From a virus (lineage: Duplodnaviria; Caudoviricetes), in IMG/VR virus record IMGVR_UViG_3300037419_000510, positions 1 to 42,333 of that record: a DNA stretch of 42,333 nucleotides. One strand, 5' to 3'. The position numbers and the translations under genes are program-made. Below, piece after piece: positions 8,483 through 15,839 of this stretch; position 1 is the stretch's first letter; each line of letters starts with the position of its first letter. The notes under the pieces were generated by a model. That model was not told the origin of the DNA. It was given only the letters and a program-made list of their open reading frames with translations, and did not search any database.

Positions 8483-8668
8483 TTTGGCGAACCATGGTGC
8501 GCCGCATTTGGCGAACCTCACAGAAAACGGCAGTTTTGCGCCCTTTCCGAGAAGGGATGGTGGCCCCGGAGGGACTACCACAAGTGAGCAATTTCAAACA
8601 CTAAGTTTGGCGAACCGTCCGCAAAATGCTGGTTTCGCCCCTTACTGCCCTGGCAAATTTGGCGAACC
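8483..8668. other. attP region: four TTTGGCGAACC arm-type repeats (8483, 8507, 8606, 8658) flanking the core
   Basis: Four exact 11-bp direct repeats, two on each side of a tRNA-like core, directly after the int stop. Confidence 0.85.
8558..8576 (-). other. attP core = 3' end of a host tRNA (AGTCCCTCCGGGGCCACCA)
   Basis: T-arm 3' half + acceptor strand + CCA; followed on the minus strand by hairpin CCCTT-CTCGGA-AAGGG (8541-8556). Confidence 0.8.
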
Positions 8669-8815
8669 TTTTGAGCGCCGTTCCAGCTCTCGCTCTACGG
8701 CTTCTCGGATGAACTCAGAACGCTTCCCTACCCCGGCAAGCGCATCGATCCGCGCCAGCACGTCAGGCGACAAACGGATGGCGGTGTATTTCACCCCGAG
8801 AGACGGACGGCCCAT
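8642..8815 (-). CDS. ribbon-helix-helix (CopG/Arc-like) regulator
   Basis: MGRPSLGVKYTAIRLSPDVLARIDAL...RSEFIREAVERELER; alternative start 8854. Confidence 0.8.
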   Translation of the reverse strand: MGRPSLGVKYTAIRLSPDVLARIDALAGVGKRSEFIREAVERELERRSKGSPNLPGQ

Positions 8816-8831
8816 GCGGGTGTCACTAGCC

Positions 8832-8905
8832 GTTACACAATTATTTTCAACCATCGCATTTTCCCGCTTGTGTTTCCGTTACACACAACATATAACAGTT
8901 ACACA
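8832..8905 (+). promoter_or_regulatory. Rightward sigma70-like promoter with three GTTACACA boxes
   Basis: TTGTGT(8868)-17 bp-TATAAC(8891); GTTACACA at 8832, 8878, 8898. Confidence 0.65.
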
Positions 8906-8920
8906 ATACGGAGGCAAGCA

Positions 8921-9127
8921 ATGATCACCCTGACGCTCACGGAATCCGAAGCAGCCCGCATCTGCTACGCCCTCGAAGCGGAGGCCAATGAAGCCAATCG
9001 CCGCGCATGGGACGAGAAGAAGAACGGCGCGCTTTTGGTGGCAAGCGGCAGGCTCCAGATGATCCATGAAGCGGCTCGCGATGAAGCGCTCAGGGTTGTG
9101 CGGCGCATTGAGGAGTTGGTAGCATGA
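8921..9127 (+). CDS. hypothetical protein, first gene of accessory operon
   Basis: GGAGG RBS before ATG 8921. Confidence 0.7.
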   Translation: MITLTLTESEAARICYALEAEANEANRRAWDEKKNGALLVASGRLQMIHEAARDEALRVVRRIEELVA

Positions 9128-9288
9128 ACGAGCTTCAGGCAGAGCGCTTGGCCAACCGGCTCAATGCTGAGTGCCGCGACAAGCTGCGCGTATCCTACGT
9201 GCATCGTCAGTCCAGCACGGGCTGGTGGGTCGAGAAATACGGCCCCGGCAAGAACGAATGGAAGATACTTAAGGAAGGGGAGTCTTAA
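9124..9288 (+). CDS. hypothetical protein (54 aa, not in ORF track)
   Basis: MNELQAERLANRL...KEGES; GAGGAG RBS, ATGA coupling. Confidence 0.6.
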   Translation: MNELQAERLANRLNAECRDKLRVSYVHRQSSTGWWVEKYGPGKNEWKILKEGES

Positions 9289-9383
9289 TGGCCGGCGCGA
9301 TCTTCTTCGGTGTCACCCTGCCGCTTGTGCTGATCGCATGGCGGCTGGGAGACATTGCCAAGCGCATCGGGGGCAAGGCATGA
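9288..9383 (+). CDS. 31-aa membrane peptide
   Basis: MAGAIFFGVTLPLVLIAWRLGDIAKRIGGKA; TAATG and ATGA coupling. Confidence 0.5.
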   Translation: MAGAIFFGVTLPLVLIAWRLGDIAKRIGGKA

Positions 9384-9562
9384 CCCATCTCACCCTTCGC
9401 CGCCTTCGCGCCATGGAAGCTGCAATCGCCGCTATGTTGGCTGGCGAAGAGGGTGAGGGAGATTGGCCACCCGAGATTGGCTCGGCAGATATGGAAACGG
9501 CCCACGATTGGGTCTGCGAGCAGATCGAAGCTCGCACTGCGCCAGTACGGGCCTCAACATAA
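9380..9562 (+). CDS. hypothetical protein
   Basis: MTHLTLRRLRAME..., ATGA coupling. Confidence 0.6.
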   Translation: MTHLTLRRLRAMEAAIAAMLAGEEGEGDWPPEIGSADMETAHDWVCEQIEARTAPVRAST

Positions 9563-9617
9563 CCCCTCCCCTGCTCAGAAAGGCTTTTAGTATGGTAATG
9601 TTTTCAGGAGAGTGGGG

Positions 9618-9923
9618 ATGAGGAAGTTCACCTTCCGCAAGGAGAAGCCAGAGACGGGCCTGAGCGCTGTCGGCAACCCGCGCCCATCCACCACTATCAA
9701 GCTGGGCGGAAAATGGTGCGGCACGATCCAAGCGCCCAACTGGCACTCAAAAGATGGAAAATGGGGCGTGGGGTTGATGGTCAAGGACGAAGACTGCACG
9801 GCTGGATGGCGTTGGGTATTCTTTCAGAAGCGGTTCGATGCAGAGCCGGACGCTCGGGAATGGCTCAACGCTAACGCCGAGGCCATCGCGAATAAGTATC
9901 AAATTCGTGTTGGGGATGATTGA
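9618..9923 (+). CDS. hypothetical protein
   Basis: AGGAG RBS; Trp-rich 101 aa. Confidence 0.7.
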   Translation: MRKFTFRKEKPETGLSAVGNPRPSTTIKLGGKWCGTIQAPNWHSKDGKWGVGLMVKDEDCTAGWRWVFFQKRFDAEPDAREWLNANAEAIANKYQIRVGDD

Positions 9924-9968
9924 TGCGCCCAACCTCTCTCCAATCACCCCAACAAAGGAACTAATAGA

Positions 9969-10232
9969 ATGAGTATGGTAGAGGTTGTGGCACGCGCGAT
10001 CTATTTTCGCGGAGATGATCAAGGTGATGCGGCATGGAAACACGCCCAACCCGGGCGCCGCTCTGTGGCTATTGAACAAGCCCGCGCCGCCATTGAGGCT
10101 ATGATGGAGTCTAGCATCGCGATGGTGAGGGCGGGTGAGGAAGAAATAACCTACGCCGCCGATGACATCATCAAGAACCGTGCCGAGCCTGTCTGGCAAT
10201 CCATGATCACCGCAGCATTAAAGGAGGGATAG
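9969..10232 (+). CDS. hypothetical phage protein (MVEVVARAI...ARAAIEAM type)
   Basis: AAAGGA RBS; common phage motif. Confidence 0.75.
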   Translation: MSMVEVVARAIYFRGDDQGDAAWKHAQPGRRSVAIEQARAAIEAMMESSIAMVRAGEEEITYAADDIIKNRAEPVWQSMITAALKEG

Positions 10233-10235
10233 GGT

Positions 10236-10610
10236 ATGTGCATCATCTGCAATTTGCGAGATCCACAAAAGGATGTCGATGCGGCGGTAGCTTTCCTAAG
10301 CGCCTACGAGGCGTCACAGCGATCCATGGAAAAGGCGGCTCAAGCGATGCTAGCAGTCTCCAAGCTGGACCTGTCCGACGATGAGTTGCGCATGCTGGCC
10401 CGCCTGCCCGAATGGCCCACGAATATGCAGATCGAGGAGGAGGATCACCCGACCGCTCGCCACCTCGAAAAGCTTGGGCTGATCAAGGTGAGCCGGCAGA
10501 GGATGGACCCCGTTGCACACTGGCCAGACTGGTTCGCCGGAAAGTTGCCAGCCGCTTCACTGTCCGAGTCCCCCACCCCCGCCCCCAAATCGTGCGGGGT
10601 GGGGAGGTGA
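10236..10610 (+). CDS. hypothetical protein
   Basis: GGAGGG RBS; 124 aa. Confidence 0.7.
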   Translation: MCIICNLRDPQKDVDAAVAFLSAYEASQRSMEKAAQAMLAVSKLDLSDDELRMLARLPEWPTNMQIEEEDHPTARHLEKLGLIKVSRQRMDPVAHWPDWFAGKLPAASLSESPTPAPKSCGVGR

Positions 10611-10852
10611 GCAACGAAGCTCTGCTGTCCGAACTGGAACGGGCCAAGGTTCTGTTCCAGGCCCGCGCTGTGGCCGCCGTGATGGGGTTACCGCAGCCTA
10701 CGTCGCTCGACAACCGACCAGACGGCAGCGGGTTGGATGATGGCCCCTGGTTGCCGGGATGCGCGCCTCGCAAAAAGCCCGAGCCCAAATCGCCGGAAGA
10801 ACTGGCTGCGATCCGCGCCAAGGCATGGGCCACACGAAGGAGCAAGGAATGA
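10607..10852 (+). CDS. hypothetical protein
   Basis: GTGA coupling; C-terminal IRAKAWATRR. Confidence 0.65.
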   Translation: MSNEALLSELERAKVLFQARAVAAVMGLPQPTSLDNRPDGSGLDDGPWLPGCAPRKKPEPKSPEELAAIRAKAWATRRSKE

Positions 10853-11049
10853 AGCCGCCACGCATCGCCAGCAGCTACGCCATCGTGGACATCACGAAAG
10901 GCCGGAAGGCGCTTGCAAAGCACATCAAGAAGCATGGCCCGGTTTCCGTCGTGATCCATGCGACGTTGGACGGCGAGTACGGGAGAGATGACGGCACGTC
11001 GATCGAGTTCAATGCGACAGTCACCTGCCTAGCCCTCTCCCCCACCTAA
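10849..11049 (+). CDS. hypothetical protein
   Basis: AAGGAG RBS, ATGA coupling. Confidence 0.65.
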   Translation: MKPPRIASSYAIVDITKGRKALAKHIKKHGPVSVVIHATLDGEYGRDDGTSIEFNATVTCLALSPT

Positions 11050-11080
11050 CCGACCCTATTATAGGAATGAAGGGATTGAA

Positions 11081-11410
11081 ATGATGGAAGAAAATAAGGG
11101 GAATGGCGCTTCGGCTGATGCCGACCGGGCTTTCGCGGCTACGCCGTCGAGCCCTTCGGTCTCGCCCGTCCCGGCTTCAATCCCTAGCGCGTGGCGGCGG
11201 AACATGCAGATGGATTGGTCCACCGAAAACGGCATCGTCACGTTGATCTATCCGGGCGACCTGACTGACATCGACATCGATGATGTCGAGCGACTGTTAG
11301 ACCTTTCCATCAGGGGAATGCGTAGGCGCGCGTCAGCGATCGAAGCCCGGAGGGCGGCGACCCTGGGCGCCGTTCACGAGAGCGCGGTCGGCAAAGCCGA
11401 GACGCCCTGA
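11081..11410 (+). CDS. hypothetical protein bracketed by elements C and D
   Basis: ORF whose two ends are read through structured elements; real start may be internal. Confidence 0.55.
   Translation: MMEENKGNGASADADRAFAATPSSPSVSPVPASIPSAWRRNMQMDWSTENGIVTLIYPGDLTDIDIDDVERLLDLSIRGMRRRASAIEARRAATLGAVHESAVGKAETP
11106..11190 (-). repeat. Structured element copy C
   Basis: Reverse complement GCGCT-A-GGG-ATTGAAGC...CGAG/CTCG...CGGC GTA GCCG-CGAAAG-CCC-GG-TCGGC ATCA GCCGA-AGCGC. Confidence 0.88.
11330..11405 (+). repeat. Structured element copy D
   Basis: GCGTC-A-GCG-ATCGAAGC...CGGCG/CGCCG-TTCA-CGAGAG-CGC-GG-TCGGC AAA GCCGA-GACGC. Confidence 0.88.
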
Positions 11411-11444
11411 ATCCTCCCCTTCCACCTGACAAAGGATATGGATC

Positions 11445-11918
11445 ATGAATGAGTTAGAAGCGCTGGCGGAGAGGGTGGAGAAGGCGGAGGGGCCTGATCG
11501 GGAGTTGGATGCGCGCATTTGGTGCGTCGTGGGCGTTGGCTCTCCGTGGAATGCGGAAAATTGCTGGCTGGCGGCGACCGTCCGACCTCCTGAAATGGAA
11601 ACGTCAGGCATTGATCTATCTGGGTGGCTGGATCGCTGCCCTGAGATGGCCGCCGATCTGGCGAAGTCGTACAACGTCCCAGCCTACACCGCCAGCATCG
11701 ACGCCGCCATGACGCTGGTGCCGGAGGGATACCCAGCTCGACAGGTCGGATCGACTGACGACGGTCGCGGATATGCTGCCGTTGCTGGCAACGACATGCA
11801 CATGATGGCCGAAGACCCGGAAGAGTTCTTTGCCGAGGGCAATTCCGCCACACCTGCCCTCGCCCTCTGCGCCGCCGCTCTCCGCGCCCGTGCCCTAGCC
11901 CCCGCAATGCCTGTTTAG
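11445..11918 (+). CDS. hypothetical phage protein (GPDRELDA.I...YTASIDAAMTLVPEG...ATPALALCAAALRAR type)
   Basis: Recognisable alphaproteobacterial phage motif; AAGGA RBS. Confidence 0.8.
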   Translation: MNELEALAERVEKAEGPDRELDARIWCVVGVGSPWNAENCWLAATVRPPEMETSGIDLSGWLDRCPEMAADLAKSYNVPAYTASIDAAMTLVPEGYPARQVGSTDDGRGYAAVAGNDMHMMAEDPEEFFAEGNSATPALALCAAALRARALAPAMPV

Positions 11919-11935
11919 ATGAGAGGATTTTAGGG

Positions 11936-12232
11936 ATGGAACAGCTTAGCCAAGAACTTATCAACGAGATGACCGGCCCAGGCATGTATCGTGTCATCGA
12001 GGTGAGCTTCGGATTTTCGCCGCAGCAATATTATCAGACTAAGGAGGGGCCGCTTTGGATACCGCTGCTCAAGAACGGCTACTGGGCCGATCCCGACGCT
12101 TATTCGACGGGCGAAGTCACGGTGTCTAGCATCATGCCTCACGAGGATGCTGAACGCGCTGTGTGGCTTGCCAAGAAGATCAATCACGAGCGCGGCGAAG
12201 GCCCTGCGGAACTGTCTGAATTCCACGCCTAG
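11936..12232 (+). CDS. hypothetical protein
   Basis: 98-aa ORF, GAGAGG RBS. Confidence 0.65.
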   Translation: MEQLSQELINEMTGPGMYRVIEVSFGFSPQQYYQTKEGPLWIPLLKNGYWADPDAYSTGEVTVSSIMPHEDAERAVWLAKKINHERGEGPAELSEFHA

Positions 12233-12263
12233 TTTAGCCACCCATACAGGAAGGGAATGAGCG

Positions 12264-12422
12264 ATGGACGAGGAACTTTTGGCTTTCTGCCGAGCCTTCA
12301 TCGATGCGCAGCGGATCAATTGCGCTGAGACGATCTACCAGACCGATCGCGTGATCGAGAATGCCTACGACTTCATCATGGGCATCTGCGAAATCGTTGG
12401 TTACGCCAAGGATCCCGCATGA
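12264..12422 (+). CDS. hypothetical protein (52 aa, not in ORF track)
   Basis: MDEELLAFCRAFIDAQRINCAETIYQTDRVIENAYDFIMGICEIVGYAKDPA. Confidence 0.6.
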   Translation: MDEELLAFCRAFIDAQRINCAETIYQTDRVIENAYDFIMGICEIVGYAKDPA

Positions 12423-12482
12423 CCGCCCCTACCTCTCTTCTGTCCCTTGGTGAGCGATAAGGTGTTGTTATTCGGAGCTATT

Positions 12483-12543
12483 CCGGCTTTCGTGGCTGCG
12501 CCATCACGCCCGCAAGCGGTCGTGACCAAAGGCTTCAATCCGG
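12483..12543 (-). repeat. Structured element copy E (core only)
   Basis: Reverse complement CCGG-ATTGAAGC-CTTTGG-TCACG/CGTGA-TGGC GCA GCCA-CGAAAG-CCGG. Confidence 0.85.
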
Positions 12544-12546
12544 GCT

Positions 12547-12789
12547 ATGGAGATTGATACGAGCTACGCAATACCCCCGAGCGGCGGCCCCGGATTTACC
12601 GAAGGAGCTCGCCCCAAATGCGTGTTCTGCAACGCCGACTGGACCGACGACATGATCCGCGTATTCGATGTGGACGCGAGCCATGGCGCCGATAGCTACG
12701 ACTTCGGGCCAGAGGGTGAGCGCGCAACGATCGATATCACCTGCTCGTCCTGTGAGAGGCTGATCTATCGCAAGGAATATCGCGCATGA
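12547..12789 (+). CDS. zinc-ribbon hypothetical protein
   Basis: CVFC...CSSC. Confidence 0.65.
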   Translation: MEIDTSYAIPPSGGPGFTEGARPKCVFCNADWTDDMIRVFDVDASHGADSYDFGPEGERATIDITCSSCERLIYRKEYRA

Positions 12790-12845
12790 TTCCTCTCGTC
12801 GCAGCCGCTCTAAAAGCGCGGGCTTCTGTGGTAGGGGGTGAATAG

Positions 12846-13037
12846 ATGGACGTGGAGACCGCAAAGGAACGCGAGGCCGTCATCCGATGGCTGGAGGCGA
12901 CGGCTGCAACCGCGCGCCGCATGTGGCCCGGCCCTGAGAACGAGGATATTCGCCGGCACGTCTGCGGCACCCTTATGACGAATGCAGATGCTATACGGCG
13001 CGGTGAGCACCGCCAGCCGCCGAGGGTCCAGGGATGA
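12846..13037 (+). CDS. hypothetical phage protein
   Basis: EREAVIRWL...ADAIRRGEH motif. Confidence 0.65.
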   Translation: MDVETAKEREAVIRWLEATAATARRMWPGPENEDIRRHVCGTLMTNADAIRRGEHRQPPRVQG

Positions 13038-13219
13038 GTGACGCCAGAAAGCTATACGACGTGTTGGATCGGCTCGTCCATGCGACCGTCGAGGCTGGCG
13101 GATTGCCGCCACACAGATTCTCGCCATTGGGGTCCGCGCTGCACCAACTGCACGAATTGAAGCGACATGCCGGTGAGCGATGCATTTGCGCGGAGACCTT
13201 TTCAGATCCGGCCGAATGA
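13034..13219 (+). CDS. hypothetical protein
   Basis: ATGA coupling. Confidence 0.55.
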   Translation: MSDARKLYDVLDRLVHATVEAGGLPPHRFSPLGSALHQLHELKRHAGERCICAETFSDPAE

Positions 13220-13258
13220 CCCCACCCACCCGCATCACAGCCGAGGAGGCTTAAGCAT

Positions 13259-13483
13259 ATGGACAGATACACCGACTTTGTTTCCGACGAGCCGCTTGAA
13301 ATAATCCGCGCGAACGAATGTGAAAGCCAGGTGGGCAGCCTTTCCACGAAGCGCTTTCGTCGCCTGTGGAACGAGATAGTCGATCTGCGCGCGCAATTGG
13401 CAGAGCGGGATGCATCTCCAATCCCCATATACTCCACCACCGAAGGCCCCAAGGAAACGTTTCAGGGGAAGAGGAAGGGCTAG
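13259..13483 (+). CDS. hypothetical protein
   Basis: GAGGAGG RBS; converges on late operon. Confidence 0.6.
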   Translation: MDRYTDFVSDEPLEIIRANECESQVGSLSTKRFRRLWNEIVDLRAQLAERDASPIPIYSTTEGPKETFQGKRKG

Positions 13484-13486
13484 GCC

Positions 13487-14914
13487 CTACAGATGAACGT
13501 ACGGCGCAAGGATGCCCGCGTGGACAGCAGTTCCCGTTGGGTTGAGGTGAATGCCGTCTGCGAAATATGTGGTGGCCGTGTTGACCGTCACCGCGCCGAA
13601 GACGCCGATATTGGTATCGGTATGCACGGGAATCACGACATCGATCGAACCTGGGGTTGAGACGAGCGAGTTATTGAAACCCTCGCGCGTGCTGCCGGTT
13701 GAGCCATCCCTATTCCAACTCGACAGGCTGGTCCACATGATGATCTTGACGGTTGGATCAGCCGCCTTTCGTAGCGAGGCATAGGTCCGGTTATTGTTTG
13801 CCAGAAGTACGCCAGCTGCATTCGTGCCGCCCGCGGACCCCTGATTATAATATTCCCCGCACACTAGCACGACGGGCAAGCCCGTGACCGTATGAAAGCC
13901 ATCAACGTCGCGAGGGGCGCTGTCGATTAAGTTATTGCCGCTATTGCCGCCGGCGACCACCACGGCCGACGACTTGCCGACGTTGGCGAACTGTCCCTGC
14001 TTAAGGCCGAGAATGCTTGCGGTCAGCGCGGGCGTGGACGTGTCAGGCGTCGCACCTTGGCCCATGAACTGGCTGTCGCTATCGAACACGGGGAAGAACG
14101 TCATCCCTGCCGTGGCGAGGGTTTTCCCGAAATAGTTACGCGCCCAACAGTCCGCCTGCCACGCCTCCGATGCGCTAAGAGCTGTGTTCCATACGACGAT
14201 GTACAGAATATCGCCCACGAACCCACGATTGGCTCCGATGACACCAGACCCGGTCGTGTCAGATCCGTTGCCTATGTAGAGAACATCCGCAGCGTTCGCG
14301 CTGGCAGTCTTAGGCGTATATTGGTTCTGGTAGGCCGTTCCGTCCATGTAAAGACGGCCGATCGTGGCAGTTCCAGCTCCGGCATCACCGGAATACATGA
14401 CGGTGTGAACGTTTGTGTTTGGATCGCCGGAAGAATACGACCGAAGAACGGCCCCATTGGTCTGCGCACCGCCTACAGAGGCCGACAATCCTCCGGCGGT
14501 TCCGGCGAGGTCGCCCAACAGCACGTTATAGCGATTGCTCAGGCCAGTCGCGTTTTGGAACACCGCCATCGCCGACCATCCGTGGGAGGTCGACATGGCC
14601 GTCTCAACAGCCGGCGGACGCCCCATGCTGATGAACTTCGAAACCGTCGTGTATCGCAGCGCAGAGTGCCCGTTCGCGGCATTCTTCGCCAGCGTCGGGG
14701 CTGTGGTCGAATTCGTCGAGGTGCCGACATAGCTGTTGATGAGGTCCGTAATGGACAGGACCGCCGCACCATCGCTGAGACTGCCGTTGAGCGTGTCCGG
14801 ATCGATCACCATCACGCGCGCAGCCTGCTGCGGCAGGGTGGTCAGCGGGGGTGTGACGCTCCCACCCGATGAGCCCGCCCGTCCGCTCAACGACATATCA
14901 AGGGCGAGCCGCAT
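13487..14914 (-). CDS. virion-associated protein with lectin (LamG/ConA)-like N-half and SGNH-hydrolase-like C-half
   Basis: GFVGDI...VVWNTALS (LamG end); FDSDSQ, ANVGKS, YFADGIHLN..G (SGNH blocks). Confidence 0.65.
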   Translation of the reverse strand: MRLALDMSLSGRAGSSGGSVTPPLTTLPQQAARVMVIDPDTLNGSLSDGAAVLSITDLINSYVGTSTNSTTAPTLAKNAANGHSALRYTTVSKFISMGRPPAVETAMSTSHGWSAMAVFQNATGLSNRYNVLLGDLAGTAGGLSASVGGAQTNGAVLRSYSSGDPNTNVHTVMYSGDAGAGTATIGRLYMDGTAYQNQYTPKTASANAADVLYIGNGSDTTGSGVIGANRGFVGDILYIVVWNTALSASEAWQADCWARNYFGKTLATAGMTFFPVFDSDSQFMGQGATPDTSTPALTASILGLKQGQFANVGKSSAVVVAGGNSGNNLIDSAPRDVDGFHTVTGLPVVLVCGEYYNQGSAGGTNAAGVLLANNNRTYASLRKAADPTVKIIMWTSLSSWNRDGSTGSTREGFNNSLVSTPGSIDVVIPVHTDTNIGVFGAVTVNTATTYFADGIHLNPTGTAVHAGILAPYVHL

Positions 14915-15006
14915 TACAGTTTTCCTCCAGCCACGTACGCAAGCCGCAGCACAACAAAGATGAGTAGGGCGACAGGGATGCCGATCAGGATGTCTAGGGC
15001 GATCAT
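14914..15006 (-). CDS. 30-aa membrane peptide
   Basis: MIALDILIGIPVALLIFVVLRLAYVAGGKL; coupled to both neighbours. Confidence 0.5.
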   Translation of the reverse strand: MIALDILIGIPVALLIFVVLRLAYVAGGKL

Positions 15007-15296
15007 TTCGGCACCGGGCAATCGAGCGAGGTCGCGCCGTTCGCCTTGGCCCATCGGCAAATGCGGCCCACGGTCAGCCAACCGCGCTCGCCCCAGCTCT
15101 CCACGTCCGCATTGTAGGCATCGGACGCCTTCGGATCGGTCACGATCGCATCAGTGGGCACCGGCTTGGGCTCCACCTTTAGGTCGGCAGACGGCGGGAA
15201 GAGAGGCTTCATTTCGACCTGCGGCCCGCAGCCGGGCACAGCCAAAAGCAACCCGAGAGGCATCAGGCGCAGAATCAGGCGCTTGCTGGATAGCAT
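15003..15296 (-). CDS. o-spanin (Rz1-like lipoprotein)
   Basis: Signal peptide + lipobox LLLAVPG-C, Pro-rich, overlaps i-spanin in another frame. Confidence 0.75.
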   Translation of the reverse strand: MLSSKRLILRLMPLGLLLAVPGCGPQVEMKPLFPPSADLKVEPKPVPTDAIVTDPKASDAYNADVESWGERGWLTVGRICRWAKANGATSLDCPVPK

Positions 15297-15555
15297 CGAT
15301 CAGATCCTTATGATTGGCGTCGACCAGAACCTTGTCGGTCACGCGCTCGGCAGCCGAGACTTCCTTGGCGTTTCCGTCCTGTTGGACGATGGCGACATTT
15401 GCGACCGCGCGAGCAGCCTTGTTATCGGCATTGGCGTGCCGCGCGCCCGAACACTGGCCCAGCAGGACGGCGAGCGGCAGCGTGACCAGCAGCACGATCG
15501 CGATTTGTGGGAGCGCCGCCAGCCATGCCTGTGCGGACTTGAGGGCAAGGAGCAT
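15151..15555 (-). CDS. i-spanin (Rz-like)
   Basis: N-terminal TM followed by helical periplasmic region; follows holin/endolysin. Confidence 0.7.
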   Translation of the reverse strand: MLLALKSAQAWLAALPQIAIVLLVTLPLAVLLGQCSGARHANADNKAARAVANVAIVQQDGNAKEVSAAERVTDKVLVDANHKDLIDAIQQAPDSAPDASRVAFGCARLRAAGRNEASLPAVCRPKGGAQAGAH

Positions 15556-15839
15556 TACGCCTGACCTTCCGGAGGGGTTTGGGCGTTGATCTGCTTGGCG
15601 GTGGCATCGTCCTTGCCCTTCTTGCCGATCGAGACGACGCCGGATGTAACCAGCGCTGCGAGGCCGCCAGGGTAGGCAAGGCACCATGCGGCTGGATCAA
15701 AATGCCAGCCGTTGTGCGCCATATCGGCAAGCTGAAAACCGATGGGCGTTGTTACCGCAGCGCCAACGCCCGTGGTAAGCAGCGTACGGCCAACCTCGAA
15801 TTCGCCGGCCGCGTTTTTGAGGATGTCGCGGAGGCTCAT
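15555..15839 (-). CDS. holin-like membrane protein
   Basis: Two hydrophobic segments, basic C-terminus, within lysis cassette. Confidence 0.6.
   Translation of the reverse strand: MSLRDILKNAAGEFEVGRTLLTTGVGAAVTTPIGFQLADMAHNGWHFDPAAWCLAYPGGLAALVTSGVVSIGKKGKDDATAKQINAQTPPEGQA

Noticed and set aside
8558-8576. Complete tRNA gene
   Set aside because: Only the 3' 19 nt are present, with no D or anticodon arm; interpreted as attP core
9523-9551. Additional copy of the structured element (ATCGAAGC plus hairpin)
   Set aside because: Lacks the CGA(A/G)AG partner and P2 stem
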